Positions 44,805 through 55,633 are shown, numbered from the stretch's first letter. The stretch is 64,000 nucleotides of DNA from an uncultured Planctomycetia bacterium (GCA_964606485.1 CAZSGP010000003.1:130481-194480), one strand, 5' to 3'. Numbers and translations are program-made. The notes: generated from the letters alone by a model not told the origin.

Positions 44805-46022
44805 ATGGCCCTGTTTACCGTTTTCTTTGTCGTGCTCATCGATCTTATGGGTTTTGGGATTGTTTTACCGCTTCTGCCATTCTATGCGGAAAAATTCCAA
44901 GCCACTGGGCTCATGATCGGTCTTTTGTACAGCGTCTACTCGTTTTCACAGCTTATTTTTTCGCCAATTTGGGGAAATTTATCAGATCGCATTGGAAGGC
45001 GGCCGATAATGATCCTAAGCACATTCGGTTCATTTTTATCTTATCTGCTCTTTTCTTTTTCAGGATCATTCCTCGTTTTGTTTATCTCGCGTTTAATGGC
45101 CGGCGTGATGGGTGGAAATATTTCCACTGCTCAAAGCTACGTTGCGGATGTGACGACTCCGGAAAACAGGGCAAAGGGGATGGGTTTAATTGGCGCAGCG
45201 TTTGGAATCGGCTTTGTGCTTGGACCCGCGCTGTCCACGCTTCTTATTCATCCAACGTTTACCCAGTTTATTAAAATGGAAAATCCTTATGCTTTACCTG
45301 GAATGGTGGCCGCTGGTTTATCGCTAATCAGCTTTCTGCTTATTATTTTTAAGCTCCCAGAAACCGTAAATGTAAAGACGGGCCAGGCTGTTAAACAAGA
45401 TTCAACTCGCATCATCAAGGCGAGTTTGTTTTCCGGATCTTTTTGGAGAAATATTTTTCATGAGTCGCACATGGAACGAGCGAAGCATTTGCCCTGGCTT
45501 TTAGGGTGTACGTTTCTTTTGTCTTTTGCCCACTCCACGCTGTACAGCGCGTTTCCTCTTTTTTGTAAAAAGGTTCTGGGTCTTTCGGCGGCCAACGTAG
45601 GCATGCAATTTGTATGGATGGGGCTTATCGCTGTTGTTATACAGGGCGGGCTCATCCGTGTTCTCGTTAAAAGATTTCCGGAACAAAAAATATTTTTTGC
45701 AGGAAATATTTTAATGGTGGTAGGACTCTTGCTTATCCCATTCGCCAAAAATCCTACCGAGCTCACCGCGTTTCTTGCGGTGATGGCTGTTGGCGCTAGT
45801 TTAAATGGCCCAACACTGACAAGCCTGGTTTCAAAATGCGCAGACCCTTCGCGAGTAGGTGTGATGATGGGCACTTCTCAGGGTCTTGCCGCACTCGGCA
45901 GAGTTGCGGGACCTGCTTGGGGAGGACTCCTTATCGGCTACTCTACACACCTTCCTTTTATGGCGACAGCGGCGGTCGCAGCTTTGTCAATTTTTGCAGG
46001 TTTTGTCCTTTTAAAAAATTGA
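44805..46022 (+). CDS. MFS transporter (DHA1/tetracycline-efflux-like)
   Basis: 12 transmembrane helices and the MFS motif 'GNLSDRIGRRPIM'. Confidence 0.8.
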   Translation: MALFTVFFVVLIDLMGFGIVLPLLPFYAEKFQATGLMIGLLYSVYSFSQLIFSPIWGNLSDRIGRRPIMILSTFGSFLSYLLFSFSGSFLVLFISRLMAGVMGGNISTAQSYVADVTTPENRAKGMGLIGAAFGIGFVLGPALSTLLIHPTFTQFIKMENPYALPGMVAAGLSLISFLLIIFKLPETVNVKTGQAVKQDSTRIIKASLFSGSFWRNIFHESHMERAKHLPWLLGCTFLLSFAHSTLYSAFPLFCKKVLGLSAANVGMQFVWMGLIAVVIQGGLIRVLVKRFPEQKIFFAGNILMVVGLLLIPFAKNPTELTAFLAVMAVGASLNGPTLTSLVSKCADPSRVGVMMGTSQGLAALGRVAGPAWGGLLIGYSTHLPFMATAAVAALSIFAGFVLLKN

Positions 46023-46064
46023 CAGCAAAGCCTCATTTTGTAATAATCTGATCTTTCAAATTTC

Positions 46065-46916
46065 ATGGAAACGCCCACATCTAAACGCAAACTTTTTTTT
46101 GGACTGTTCATATTTCCGCTGCTCATTGCAGTTGGGATGGCAATCCTTCTGTGTTCCGTTGTGCTTCTAACACACGAAGAACAAACCCCCGAAACCCTTG
46201 TGAGCGCCATTAAAACGGGCTCTGCCTCCAAGCGCTGGCAAAAAGCCTTTGAACTTTCGAACGAACTCAATCGCTCCAAAGATACACTTCGAAACGAAAG
46301 CCTATTAAAAGAAATGATCTCAATTCTCAAGGATTCTGAGCGGTACGATTCTAAAACTCGCGGATACATGGCACTTGCGATTGGTCGCTTTCAAAATGAA
46401 ACGGCTGAGCAGGCTCTGGCGGACGCGCTAGGAAGCTCTGATGAGGATGTTCAGGTTTATGCGCTTTGGTCTTTGGGTGGGATGTCCGCTAAAAACTCAG
46501 CCCCTCAGGTTGCGGAACTTTTAAAGAGTGATAGCGCGGAACTTAGAAAAATTTCAGCCTATGTCTTGGGTGCAATTGGGGACAAAAAATACTCGGTTGA
46601 TTTACGTAAATTATTAAATGACCCATCCACCGAAGTTCGGTGGAACGCCGCTCTGGGCTTAGCTCGACTAGGGGATAAGACCAGTCTGGACACTCTCTCG
46701 CAAATGGTGAAGCGCGAAACTTATTCACAGGAACTTTTGATGGACGAAGAAAATATTGAAACGGTGATGATCAATGCGGTCAAAGGACTTTCCTTGATCG
46801 CAACAACGGATTCTGGAAAAATTCTTGAAGATTTATCTAAAAATGATAAAAGTCTAAAAGTCCGCCAAGCGGCACTGGATGCGCTACGGCTATATAAGGA
46901 AGGCTTAGTTCGATGA
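46065..46916 (+). CDS. Membrane-anchored HEAT/PBS-lyase-like repeat protein
   Basis: N-terminal transmembrane helix. Repeated 'VR..A..ALG.IGD' HEAT-like units. Confidence 0.6.
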   Translation: METPTSKRKLFFGLFIFPLLIAVGMAILLCSVVLLTHEEQTPETLVSAIKTGSASKRWQKAFELSNELNRSKDTLRNESLLKEMISILKDSERYDSKTRGYMALAIGRFQNETAEQALADALGSSDEDVQVYALWSLGGMSAKNSAPQVAELLKSDSAELRKISAYVLGAIGDKKYSVDLRKLLNDPSTEVRWNAALGLARLGDKTSLDTLSQMVKRETYSQELLMDEENIETVMINAVKGLSLIATTDSGKILEDLSKNDKSLKVRQAALDALRLYKEGLVR

Positions 46917-47452
46917 GCGAAACACCTACACCCGTCCAGGCGACAACCCAGAACCCTTCAAACCCCACGATGAATCGGCGGAAATTTATTTCCTGGTTTG
47001 GTGTGGCATGGGTAAGTTTTGCTGCGGCAACAACCGGAGCTCTTTCGATCGTGCTTCGCTACTTATTTCCAAACGTTGTTTTTGAGCCACCCACCAGTTT
47101 CAAGGCTGGGTTTCCAGCGGATTATGAAGTCGGTGTTGTGGATGAGCGCTGGAAAGAAAAATATGGCGTCTGGATGATGAGAACAGCGGAGGGGATATAC
47201 GCGCTGTCGACCATCTGCACGCATTTAGGCTGCACACCCAATTGGCTCGCCACCGAAAATAAATTCAAATGCCCTTGCCATGGCAGCGGCTTTTATAAAA
47301 CCGGTATTAATTTTGAAGGGCCCGCACCACGACCGCTCGAACGCTACCGCATCTCGCTCGCCGATGACGGACAAATTTTAATTGATAAGTCAAAAAAATT
47401 TCAGCAGGAAAAAGGCGAGTGGAATAATCCGGAATCGTTTTTAAACTGCTAA
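46913..47452 (+). CDS. Rieske [2Fe-2S] subunit of a cytochrome bc/b6f-type complex, Tat-exported
   Basis: Twin-arginine motif 'NRRKFIS'. Rieske boxes 'CTHLGC' and 'CPCHGS'. Confidence 0.9.
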   Translation: MSETPTPVQATTQNPSNPTMNRRKFISWFGVAWVSFAAATTGALSIVLRYLFPNVVFEPPTSFKAGFPADYEVGVVDERWKEKYGVWMMRTAEGIYALSTICTHLGCTPNWLATENKFKCPCHGSGFYKTGINFEGPAPRPLERYRISLADDGQILIDKSKKFQQEKGEWNNPESFLNC

Positions 47453-47462
47453 AGGAAAAATA

Positions 47463-48266
47463 ATGGCCGACGCGACACCTCCTAAACCTAAATTTGATCT
47501 CGGAAAATACATCACCGAGACTCAGCTCTACAAATCGATGTTCCGCCATGGGTACACGACAAGCGACCGCGACCGAGCGCTTTCGGTAATGACAAACGTG
47601 TTTTTTCATTTGCATCCAGTCAAGGTGCGCAAGTCTGGGGCGCGTCTCGGGTTTACGTGGTGCGCGGGCGGATTGTCATTTTTTGTATTCTTGACTCTTG
47701 TTGTGAGCGGAATTCTTTTGATGTTTTACTACCGCCCAACCGTTGAACATGCTTACAACGACATCATGGCCCTCCGCGAACACGTTCCGTTTGGAATTAT
47801 GCGTGAGCTGCACCGCTGGGGAGCACACGCGATGATTATCACAGTTTGGCTCCACATGTTTCGTGTGTTCATGACCGGCTCTTATAAGCCGCCCAGGGAA
47901 TTCAACTGGGTGATCGGTGTTATTCTTTTGGTATTGACCATGCTTCTTAGCTTCACCGGATACTTGCTTCCCTGGGACCAGCTCGCGATGTGGGCAATCA
48001 CAGTGGGTAGTAATATGGCTCGCGCCACTCCATTTTTAGGTCACGAAGGTCCAGGGGCGGCACTGCTTGCCATTGGAGACATTCAGCTCGTGCATGCAGG
48101 GAGTGACGTTCGTTTCGCGCTTCTTGGGGGTCGTTTTGTTGGGGCGGGGACCTTGCTTCGGTTCTACATTCTTCACTGTGTTGCCATTCCAACCCTTGTA
48201 GTTGTTTTGATGTCGGTTCACTTCTGGCGCATCCGTAAAGATGGGGGAATCAGCGGACCCTTATAA
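47463..48266 (+). CDS. Cytochrome b (b6-like N-terminal half)
   Basis: '[20 protein letters not shown]' and '[13 protein letters not shown]' with the bis-His heme ligands. Confidence 0.9.
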   Translation: MADATPPKPKFDLGKYITETQLYKSMFRHGYTTSDRDRALSVMTNVFFHLHPVKVRKSGARLGFTWCAGGLSFFVFLTLVVSGILLMFYYRPTVEHAYNDIMALREHVPFGIMRELHRWGAHAMIITVWLHMFRVFMTGSYKPPREFNWVIGVILLVLTMLLSFTGYLLPWDQLAMWAITVGSNMARATPFLGHEGPGAALLAIGDIQLVHAGSDVRFALLGGRFVGAGTLLRFYILHCVAIPTLVVVLMSVHFWRIRKDGGISGPL

Positions 48267-48267
48267 T

Positions 48268-49347
48268 ATGGAAGCCTTCAAAGTACTCCTCAACTCAATA
48301 GCGTCGCCCACCACTATTTTTACAGCGGCTTTGTTTATTTTTGGTCTCTTCGTTTCGTTTCCGCGCTTTTTCTCATCGAAGCCAGCGGGCTTCGTCATGC
48401 TTGCTGTGGTGGCTGGTTTTCTGGGATTCGGACTAACGGATAAGCATTTCCGCTCCATCATTAGCACGCCCGATAACGTTCCGATTGTCGGCATGATTTT
48501 TATTTTTGGATTTTTCACGTGGTACGCCATGCACAAGGCGACTGCGAACGATGCTCGCATTGAAAAAGGTGAGCCCACCTGGGAAGCAACTGAAACAAAC
48601 GACAAGGTGCTGGTGTTTCCGTATCTAATTTTCATCGAATTTGTCATGGCCTTAGCGTATGCGCTTGTGCTCGTTGTCTGGTCTATCTATTTGAAGGCGC
48701 CGCTCGAGGAACCCGCGAATCCGACCGTGTCACCAAACCCCAGCAAAGCTCCTTGGTATTTCTTGGGTCTTCAGGAAATGCTTGTCTATTTTGATCCGTG
48801 GATCGCGGGCGTGCTTTTGCCGACGCTCATCATCATCGGTCTTTGCGCGATTCCGTATATCGACCGCGATACGTCTACTTCAGGATTTTTTTCATTTAAA
48901 AAGAGAAAAGGTGTGATCACGACCTATCTTTTCGGATTCTGGCTTCTCTGGATTTTGCTCGTTATCATGGGAACATTTTTACGCGGACCAAACTGGAATT
49001 TCTTCGGTCCTTTTGAAGTTTGGGATGTACGAAAAGTGGTCCCGCTTTTAAACGTGAACCTTTCTGAAATTATTTTCATCAAGATGTTGGGGGTTGGGTT
49101 GCCAAAACTCTGGTTTATTCGTGAAGCGCCGGGCATTTTGCTGGTGCTCGCATATTTGGTTTTACCGCCAGCAATCCTCGCCAAAACAATTTTTAAAGAG
49201 CATTACAAAAAAATGGGGCCTGAGCGATACGCTCTCATGGTATTTTTGTTTCTCATGATGTTGGCACTTCCCATTAAAATGTATTTGCGCTGGGGTTTTA
49301 ATTTAAAATACATCGTCGCCATCCCTGAATTCTTTTTTAACATCTAA
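48268..49347 (+). CDS. Cytochrome b C-terminal half (subunit IV-like) with extra transmembrane helices
   Basis: 'PWYFLGLQEMLVYFDPWIAGVLLP' corresponds to the PEWY region. Length 359 aa. Confidence 0.8.
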   Translation: MEAFKVLLNSIASPTTIFTAALFIFGLFVSFPRFFSSKPAGFVMLAVVAGFLGFGLTDKHFRSIISTPDNVPIVGMIFIFGFFTWYAMHKATANDARIEKGEPTWEATETNDKVLVFPYLIFIEFVMALAYALVLVVWSIYLKAPLEEPANPTVSPNPSKAPWYFLGLQEMLVYFDPWIAGVLLPTLIIIGLCAIPYIDRDTSTSGFFSFKKRKGVITTYLFGFWLLWILLVIMGTFLRGPNWNFFGPFEVWDVRKVVPLLNVNLSEIIFIKMLGVGLPKLWFIREAPGILLVLAYLVLPPAILAKTIFKEHYKKMGPERYALMVFLFLMMLALPIKMYLRWGFNLKYIVAIPEFFFNI

Positions 49348-49348
49348 T

Positions 49349-52135
49349 ATGCCTCCCAAACCAAACCCAACGCTGTACAGCATCCCCAAAACCTTTATGT
49401 GGTTTGCAATCGTCAGCATTCTCTTGACCGGCAGCCTTGTGGCGATTATATGGCTCGACTACTCAAGGGAGTGGAAAACATACCAAAAAGCCTTTATCGA
49501 ATTAAAAATTAAAAATGCGCAGAGCGAGCTAAAGGCGGCTTCATCAAAAATCGACAAAAAGAAGCTGGCTGATTTGGAAGCTGTTAAAAATGCAACTGAA
49601 GAGGCTCTTAAGATCCACCGGACTGAAATGGCTACTTTGCAAAAGGAGATAGGCTCTCTTTCAACAACGCTGATTAAAAAGAAAAATGCGTATCAAGACT
49701 TGAAGCAGTTCCAAGATTCGTATCGCTATTTCTTTGAAGATTACACCGAACACAAAGATCCGAAAGCCAAGGAATACGAAAAGAAGTTGGCGGAAGTGAG
49801 CCCGAAGGTGGTTGCGGCCAAAATTGCTTTTGATGAAGCCGAAAAAGCAAAGGCGGACAAAGAGTCAGCGCTAAATGAATACTTGGCCAAAGAAAAAGCT
49901 GCGCAAAAAGACCTCGATAAAATTCTGGATGAACAAACTCGGACTCAAAAGAAAATAAGTAAACTAATGCCAAGCCTTGCAAAGGCTGCCTTAAACGCCC
50001 CAATGCTTGATTTTGTGGCGCCTACTTATAAAGTTCAACAAATTGTTCTCGACAATCTTTACGACGACTACCATTTCGCGAAAACTCAAAAAGTTGACCG
50101 TTGCACCACGTGCCACCTGGGAATCGATCAAAAAGGTTACGAAGATGCACCTCAACCTTTCAAAACACATCCAAACCTAGACCTTTACTTGGGGTCATCT
50201 TCTCCGCATCAAATTGAAAAAGTGGGTTGCACAAGTTGCCACGGCGGCAACGGTCATTCCGTTTCGTTTAAAGACTCAGCCCATATGCCCCAGAGCGCCG
50301 AGCAGGCTGAGCAGTGGCATAAGAAATATAATTGGGAGATGCTTGAAAAATGGGACAACAAGATGCTTCCCATGAACTACGTGCAAGCGTCATGCGCCAA
50401 ATGCCATCAGCAAACCACCGATGTGCCGAAAGCTAATAAATTGAACGAGGGTAGAGCTCTCGCAAACCGCTATGGCTGTATCAATTGCCACAAGATTTCG
50501 GGCTATGAAAATCGTTGGAAAGTTGGCCCGAGCCTTGAAAGCATCTCTTCCAAACTTGATAAGGACTGGATCGTGAAATGGACTCACAACCCGCAACATT
50601 TCCGTGAGTCCACAAAAATGCCCCGGATTTTTAATCTTGGCAATACCTCAAACCCTGAAGATCTGGCTAAAAATGCCGCTGCGATTGAGAGTATTGCGGT
50701 ATATCTTCTCAAACATTCAAGCCCTGTAACTTTAGCTGCGCCCCCCTCTAAGGGCAACGCAGAAAGCGGTGAGAAGCTCATTAAGGAACGTGGTTGCTTG
50801 GGCTGTCACAGCTTGTCAAATGTGCAAGCGGATCATCATGCGCCAGAACTTTCTGGACTTGGCAGCAAAGTAAAACCCGAATGGCTTTATTCTTGGGTTA
50901 AGAATCCGAAGCACTTTTCACCAAGCACTCGCATGCCCAATCTTCGTCTGACTGACAGCGAGGCGGCGGATATCACGGCCTATTTATTAAGCCAGAGAAA
51001 CGAAAAATTTGAGTCGGAGAAGGCGCCGCAAGCGGACCCCGCTGTGCGAGATGCTCTTATTTTAGAAGGCCTGCTCGGCACGCTCACTAGAGATCAGGCC
51101 CAAGAAAAAATAAATTCCCTCAAAGAGGATGAAAAGTGGGAATTTTTAGGCAAAAAAACGATTAGCCAACAAGGCTGTTACTCTTGCCATCAAATCAAAG
51201 GATTTGAAGACGCTAAAGCGATTGGCGCTGAGCTCACCAAAGAAGGGCGTAAAGACTTGCATCAGTTTGATTTTGGTTTTATCGATATTGAGCACACACG
51301 GCATGACTGGATTACCCAGAAGCTAAAAGAACCTCGGATTTTTGATCACGGAAAAGTTAAGGCTTACTACGAAAAGCTTCGCATGCCACAGTTTAATTTA
51401 ACGCCCGCTGAAATTGAGTCTATTACGACATTTGTTTTGAGCTTGACCGATGAGCAGATTCCTTACGAGATGCAAAAGCGGCTTTCGCCTAATGAAGCCA
51501 AGGTCGAAAAGGGAAGATTGCTCGTCCAAAAATTAAATTGTGCCGGCTGCCATGCTCTTGACGGAAAACCCGGAACATTAAGAGAGATTATGGAAGATAA
51601 GGGCCAGGCGCCTCCTGTTTTGGATGGTGAGGGAGCAAAGGTTCAGGAGAAATGGCTTCATGAATTTTTGAAAGCCCCATATCCCGTGCGCCCATGGCTT
51701 CAAATTCATATGCCTACATTTGATTTGAGCGAGGATGAGGTAAAGTCTATCGTCGAGTATTTCACCTACATGGCGCATCAGGAAATTTCATACAACGGCC
51801 TCGACCTCCCGGAAACATCGAAGGAGAAATTAGAGGGCGGAAAAGTGTTGTTTGAAAAATTCCAGTGCACGAAGTGTCACCAGGTCAACGCCGAAGCCCT
51901 GGCCATGGGAACTTCCTTCTTGGCGCCGGATCTCACGCTCACCAAACACCGCCTGAAGCCCGAATGGGTGCGGCAGTGGCTCGTTGACCCTCAAATGGTG
52001 CAAGAGGGGACTATGATGCCCACCTTCTTCGCAGACGGGACAACGCCAGTAGAGGACATTTTGAGCGGCGATGCCAACAAGCAGATCGAAGCCATTCGTG
52101 ATTACCTCTACACCTACGAAACCCAAAAGTCTTAG
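49349..52135 (+). CDS. Membrane-anchored octaheme cytochrome c with an N-terminal coiled coil
   Basis: Eight CxxCH motifs: CTTCH, CTSCH, CAKCH, CINCH, CLGCH, CYSCH, CAGCH, CTKCH. N-terminal transmembrane helix and a ~170-aa coiled coil. Confidence 0.85.
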   Translation: MPPKPNPTLYSIPKTFMWFAIVSILLTGSLVAIIWLDYSREWKTYQKAFIELKIKNAQSELKAASSKIDKKKLADLEAVKNATEEALKIHRTEMATLQKEIGSLSTTLIKKKNAYQDLKQFQDSYRYFFEDYTEHKDPKAKEYEKKLAEVSPKVVAAKIAFDEAEKAKADKESALNEYLAKEKAAQKDLDKILDEQTRTQKKISKLMPSLAKAALNAPMLDFVAPTYKVQQIVLDNLYDDYHFAKTQKVDRCTTCHLGIDQKGYEDAPQPFKTHPNLDLYLGSSSPHQIEKVGCTSCHGGNGHSVSFKDSAHMPQSAEQAEQWHKKYNWEMLEKWDNKMLPMNYVQASCAKCHQQTTDVPKANKLNEGRALANRYGCINCHKISGYENRWKVGPSLESISSKLDKDWIVKWTHNPQHFRESTKMPRIFNLGNTSNPEDLAKNAAAIESIAVYLLKHSSPVTLAAPPSKGNAESGEKLIKERGCLGCHSLSNVQADHHAPELSGLGSKVKPEWLYSWVKNPKHFSPSTRMPNLRLTDSEAADITAYLLSQRNEKFESEKAPQADPAVRDALILEGLLGTLTRDQAQEKINSLKEDEKWEFLGKKTISQQGCYSCHQIKGFEDAKAIGAELTKEGRKDLHQFDFGFIDIEHTRHDWITQKLKEPRIFDHGKVKAYYEKLRMPQFNLTPAEIESITTFVLSLTDEQIPYEMQKRLSPNEAKVEKGRLLVQKLNCAGCHALDGKPGTLREIMEDKGQAPPVLDGEGAKVQEKWLHEFLKAPYPVRPWLQIHMPTFDLSEDEVKSIVEYFTYMAHQEISYNGLDLPETSKEKLEGGKVLFEKFQCTKCHQVNAEALAMGTSFLAPDLTLTKHRLKPEWVRQWLVDPQMVQEGTMMPTFFADGTTPVEDILSGDANKQIEAIRDYLYTYETQKS

Positions 52136-52244
52136 TTTTTATACCGCTTGCTAATTTAAGCTAAGAAAATTAAAATACTTCTGTTTCTGTTTGAGTCTAT
52201 TTTTTATCAATTTTAGAACATCTTTTACAAAGGGAGATAGAGCC

Positions 52245-52949
52245 ATGAAGTTCAAATTAACTGCGCTTATCGCAGGGGTCTTGTTTGTGTTTTCTACGCA
52301 CGCTTTCGCGGCAAATGTTACCGGTAAAATTACACTCGACGGCGCATCACCCGCAGTCGAAAAAATCAAAACAGATGCTGATCCTAATTGCAAAGCCATG
52401 CACCCCGCAGGCCTTGAAAATGACGAGGCCATTGTGTCCGCTGATGGCAGCATCAAGGACGTATTTGTGTATGTGAAAACCGGTTTAGAGGGGCAGAAAT
52501 TTGAGGCTCCTAAAGAAGCGGTGACCCTGGACCAGCATGGCTGCCAGTACAATCCAAAAGTATTCGGAATTCAAGTGGGTCAACCCCTAGAAATCAAAAA
52601 TAGCGACAACACTCTTCACAATGTGCATTCGCTGAGCGCTAATAGCCCTCAGTTCAATCTGGGAATGCCTTTACAGAATATGAAACTCAAAAAAACATTC
52701 GCCAAGCCTGAAGTCATGGTTAAAATGAAGTGCGAGGTGCACCCTTGGATGCACGCCTACGCAGGTGTATTGGATAATCCTTTTTATGCGGTTACCAATG
52801 CGGATGGATCGTTTGAAATTAAAAATCTTCCCGTTGGCAAATATACGATCGAAGCTTGGCATGCAAAATTTGGAACAATCACCCAAGAGGTGACCATCGC
52901 GGCTGACACCGACGCTCCGAATCTTGCTTTAAAACTCAAAGCGGCCTAA
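52245..52949 (+). CDS. Periplasmic cupredoxin-like (type-1 copper) protein with a carboxypeptidase-regulatory-like beta-sandwich
   Basis: Signal peptide. Candidate T1Cu ligands 'HNVH ... CEVHPWM' (His...Cys-x2-His-x2-Met). AGGGAG ribosome-binding site. Confidence 0.5.
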   Translation: MKFKLTALIAGVLFVFSTHAFAANVTGKITLDGASPAVEKIKTDADPNCKAMHPAGLENDEAIVSADGSIKDVFVYVKTGLEGQKFEAPKEAVTLDQHGCQYNPKVFGIQVGQPLEIKNSDNTLHNVHSLSANSPQFNLGMPLQNMKLKKTFAKPEVMVKMKCEVHPWMHAYAGVLDNPFYAVTNADGSFEIKNLPVGKYTIEAWHAKFGTITQEVTIAADTDAPNLALKLKAA

Positions 52950-52964
52950 ACCTTCTTTAAAATA

Positions 52965-53819
52965 ATGCGTCGTTTCGGCCTTTTTTTAACGGCCTGGGTA
53001 TTTATCCTAATCTTCGCGGGAGGACTGGTCACAAGCACGGACTCCGGACTTTCGGTTCCGGATTGGCCGTTGTCTTATGGGCAAGTCTTCCCGCCGATGA
53101 TTGGTGGAATTCGCTATGAGCACACGCATCGAGTCATTGCGGGTTTCGCTGGCATCTTTACTCTCCTTTTTTTCTTAGGTTCGCTCAAATTTGATTCCCG
53201 TAAATGGTTTAAAGTTTTTATGGGTATCTGTGTTTTGGTTGTGGCGCTTCAGGCGGTTTTGGGCGGGTTAACCGTAATTTATCTGCTTCCTACCTGGATA
53301 TCCGTATTTCACGCGACACTCGCACAGACTTTTTTTTGTTTGATTCTTCTGTCGACTTATTTCATGTCCCGCGAGTGGAAAAGCGAAGCTGTTTGCTTAG
53401 AGTCGAAAAATAGCGGTTCGCTCAAACGATTACTCATAATGACTATTGCGTTTATTTATGCTCAACTCATCATCGGGTCGCTCGTTCGTCATACCGGAGA
53501 AGCACAGACAGGGCTAAGCACCCACTTTGTAGTCGCTTTTTTAGTCGTTTTGCATATTATTTTGAGTGCGCTTAAAATCGCCAGAGACCCTGCATTTAAA
53601 ACGCTTCTAGGTCACGCCTTTTTTGCACTAAGCCTCGTGCTAGGACAGGTTTTTTTGGGAATTGGCTCTTGGCTTATCACCCGCACTCATGAAGTGGCGG
53701 ACTCAACCGTCACCTTTTTTATTCTACTTCGAACAGCCCACCAAACAAATGGAGCGCTAATCCTTGGTGTTATGGTGTTGTTAGCCGTAAGAGCCTTTCG
53801 CTTAACTCGAAATACCTGA
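52965..53819 (+). CDS. ctaA: Heme A synthase (COX15/CtaA)
   Basis: 'FAGGLVTSTDSGLSVPDWPLSYGQ' in a polytopic protein with His pairs. Confidence 0.8.
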   Translation: MRRFGLFLTAWVFILIFAGGLVTSTDSGLSVPDWPLSYGQVFPPMIGGIRYEHTHRVIAGFAGIFTLLFFLGSLKFDSRKWFKVFMGICVLVVALQAVLGGLTVIYLLPTWISVFHATLAQTFFCLILLSTYFMSREWKSEAVCLESKNSGSLKRLLIMTIAFIYAQLIIGSLVRHTGEAQTGLSTHFVVAFLVVLHIILSALKIARDPAFKTLLGHAFFALSLVLGQVFLGIGSWLITRTHEVADSTVTFFILLRTAHQTNGALILGVMVLLAVRAFRLTRNT

Positions 53820-54661
53820 TGATTAAAAATTTCTTAGTCCTTACAAAGCCTAGACTTGTTTTTATGGCGCTCATCACGGCGGCATGCGGCTTTTTTCTGG
53901 CCGCTCGCAAACCAGTGGAGTGGACAGCTCTTTTTATTATGTTAGCCGGCTCCGCACTTCTAGGTGGCGGAGTGAACGCCCTCAACCAGTGGTGGGAAAG
54001 ACAGCCTGATTCAAAAATGCACCGCACTCAAAATCGCCCGGTTCCAGCAGGACAACTTTTACCCATTCACGCGCTTATATTTGGATGGGGGCTTTCTTTG
54101 AGTGGAGTTGCCGTTCTTTTTACTCTAAATCTATTATCAGGATTTCTGGCGCTCGCAACACTCGGTTCTTACGTTTTTATTTATACACCCATGAAACAGA
54201 AGACGGTGCTCAATACTTTTGTGGGTGCCATTCCAGGAGCAATGCCCGTTTTTTTAGGGTGGAGCGCCGCGCAAGGGGTGCTTGATTTTAAAGCCTGGGC
54301 TTTTTTTCTGCTGCTTTATTTTTGGCAGTTGCCTCATTTTTTTGCAATTGCATGGATGCACCGCACTGATTATGAAAACGCTGGTTTCAAGATGATGAGC
54401 GGCGGGGATAGAGGCGCTGAACGCACATCCCGTCAAATCTTTATCTGGAGCTGGGTATTTTTTGCGGCAACATTTTTGCCTGTGTTTTCGGAGCTTTCCG
54501 GAAGTCTTTATTTTTTAGGCGCATTTGTAACGGGAATTTTCTTTTTGGCGTTCGCGCTCTATGTCGCTTCCCATAGATTAAAAGACGCTAGAGCCTTAAT
54601 GGTCGCGTCGATTCTTCACTTGGGATTGCTTAACGTTTTTTTATTTTTTGATCGGATTTAA
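53819..54661 (+). CDS. ctaB: Protoheme IX farnesyltransferase (heme O synthase)
   Basis: UbiA-family motifs 'NQWWERQPDSKMHRTQNRP' and 'YFWQLPHFFAIAW'. Confidence 0.85.
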   Translation: MIKNFLVLTKPRLVFMALITAACGFFLAARKPVEWTALFIMLAGSALLGGGVNALNQWWERQPDSKMHRTQNRPVPAGQLLPIHALIFGWGLSLSGVAVLFTLNLLSGFLALATLGSYVFIYTPMKQKTVLNTFVGAIPGAMPVFLGWSAAQGVLDFKAWAFFLLLYFWQLPHFFAIAWMHRTDYENAGFKMMSGGDRGAERTSRQIFIWSWVFFAATFLPVFSELSGSLYFLGAFVTGIFFLAFALYVASHRLKDARALMVASILHLGLLNVFLFFDRI

Positions 54662-54665
54662 CTAG

Positions 54666-55277
54666 ATGAGCGGCAAAGAAAAAGATTCTCAAACAATTTT
54701 TTGGTGGATTGGATGGATTGTGCTGACCATCGTGTCGTTTTTCGTGAGCTGCTATTTCTGGACACCCTTCATCGCCAAACACGTCGGAGCCATTGATAAG
54801 CCTGGGGTTGCGGTGATTTGGATCGCGGCGGTGTTTGGGAGTTGGATGGTGCTTTTAGTTCCGCTCATCGTCGTGATGTACAACAAAGTGGACCGAGCCT
54901 ATGAGGATGCACGTCTATCGCGCGAAGCTCGGCAAATGGCTCAGGCTAAAACAGAATTAACGGATCTTGGGGTGCGCTCCATTCAAATCAATGAATCTGA
55001 GCGTTTACTCAGGCCCGATCTTCAAGAAAAGCTAAGCAAGTCGCCGGAGGCGATTTCGAGAGGGCATCTGGTAACGCTCACTTTGAGTAATGGAAAAAAA
55101 ATTCAGAACGTATTTATTTGCGATAAAAAAGAGGTGCTTGGAATTTATGATGCGAAGCACATGGATTTTAAAGTAGAAGACATCGCAGATCTAGCTCTTA
55201 CCGATTTGGACCGCCTACCCAATTTCAAGCCTGAGAAATGGTTGAGGCTTGATGGCGTGGGGCGTGAGAGTCTATAA
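54666..55277 (+). CDS. Hypothetical membrane protein
   Basis: Two N-terminal transmembrane helices and a soluble C-terminal domain. No family assigned. Confidence 0.4.
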   Translation: MSGKEKDSQTIFWWIGWIVLTIVSFFVSCYFWTPFIAKHVGAIDKPGVAVIWIAAVFGSWMVLLVPLIVVMYNKVDRAYEDARLSREARQMAQAKTELTDLGVRSIQINESERLLRPDLQEKLSKSPEAISRGHLVTLTLSNGKKIQNVFICDKKEVLGIYDAKHMDFKVEDIADLALTDLDRLPNFKPEKWLRLDGVGRESL

Positions 55278-55285
55278 TAGCCGCC

Positions 55286-55630
55286 ATGACTATCGAAGAA
55301 ATTAAACAAGCGCGCGCTGAAAAAGCACCTCGAAAAAAACAACCCCCTAAACTCGCCGTCATCAATCAAAATGGCTGCACGGGCTGCGAAGCGTGTATCG
55401 TGTTTTGCCCAGCGGATTGTATTGAGATTGTTCCGAATGCCGCAAACCCTGAGCTGCAGCGCGTGGTAGAAGTGGATTTGATTCGCTGCATTGGCTGCTC
55501 GCTCTGTGCGAAATACTGCCCCTGGGAAACCATCGATATGCTGCCTTACGAGCAGGCGCTTGCCGAAGCACCGGGCGTTACGCTTCGAAGCGTTTGCGAT
55601 CAAAAAACCGCAACCGAAGCCGCTGCTTAA
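55286..55630 (+). CDS. 2x[4Fe-4S] ferredoxin
   Basis: 'CTGCEACIVFCP' and 'CIGCSLCAKYCP'. Confidence 0.85.
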   Translation: MTIEEIKQARAEKAPRKKQPPKLAVINQNGCTGCEACIVFCPADCIEIVPNAANPELQRVVEVDLIRCIGCSLCAKYCPWETIDMLPYEQALAEAPGVTLRSVCDQKTATEAAA

Positions 55631-55633
55631 ATT

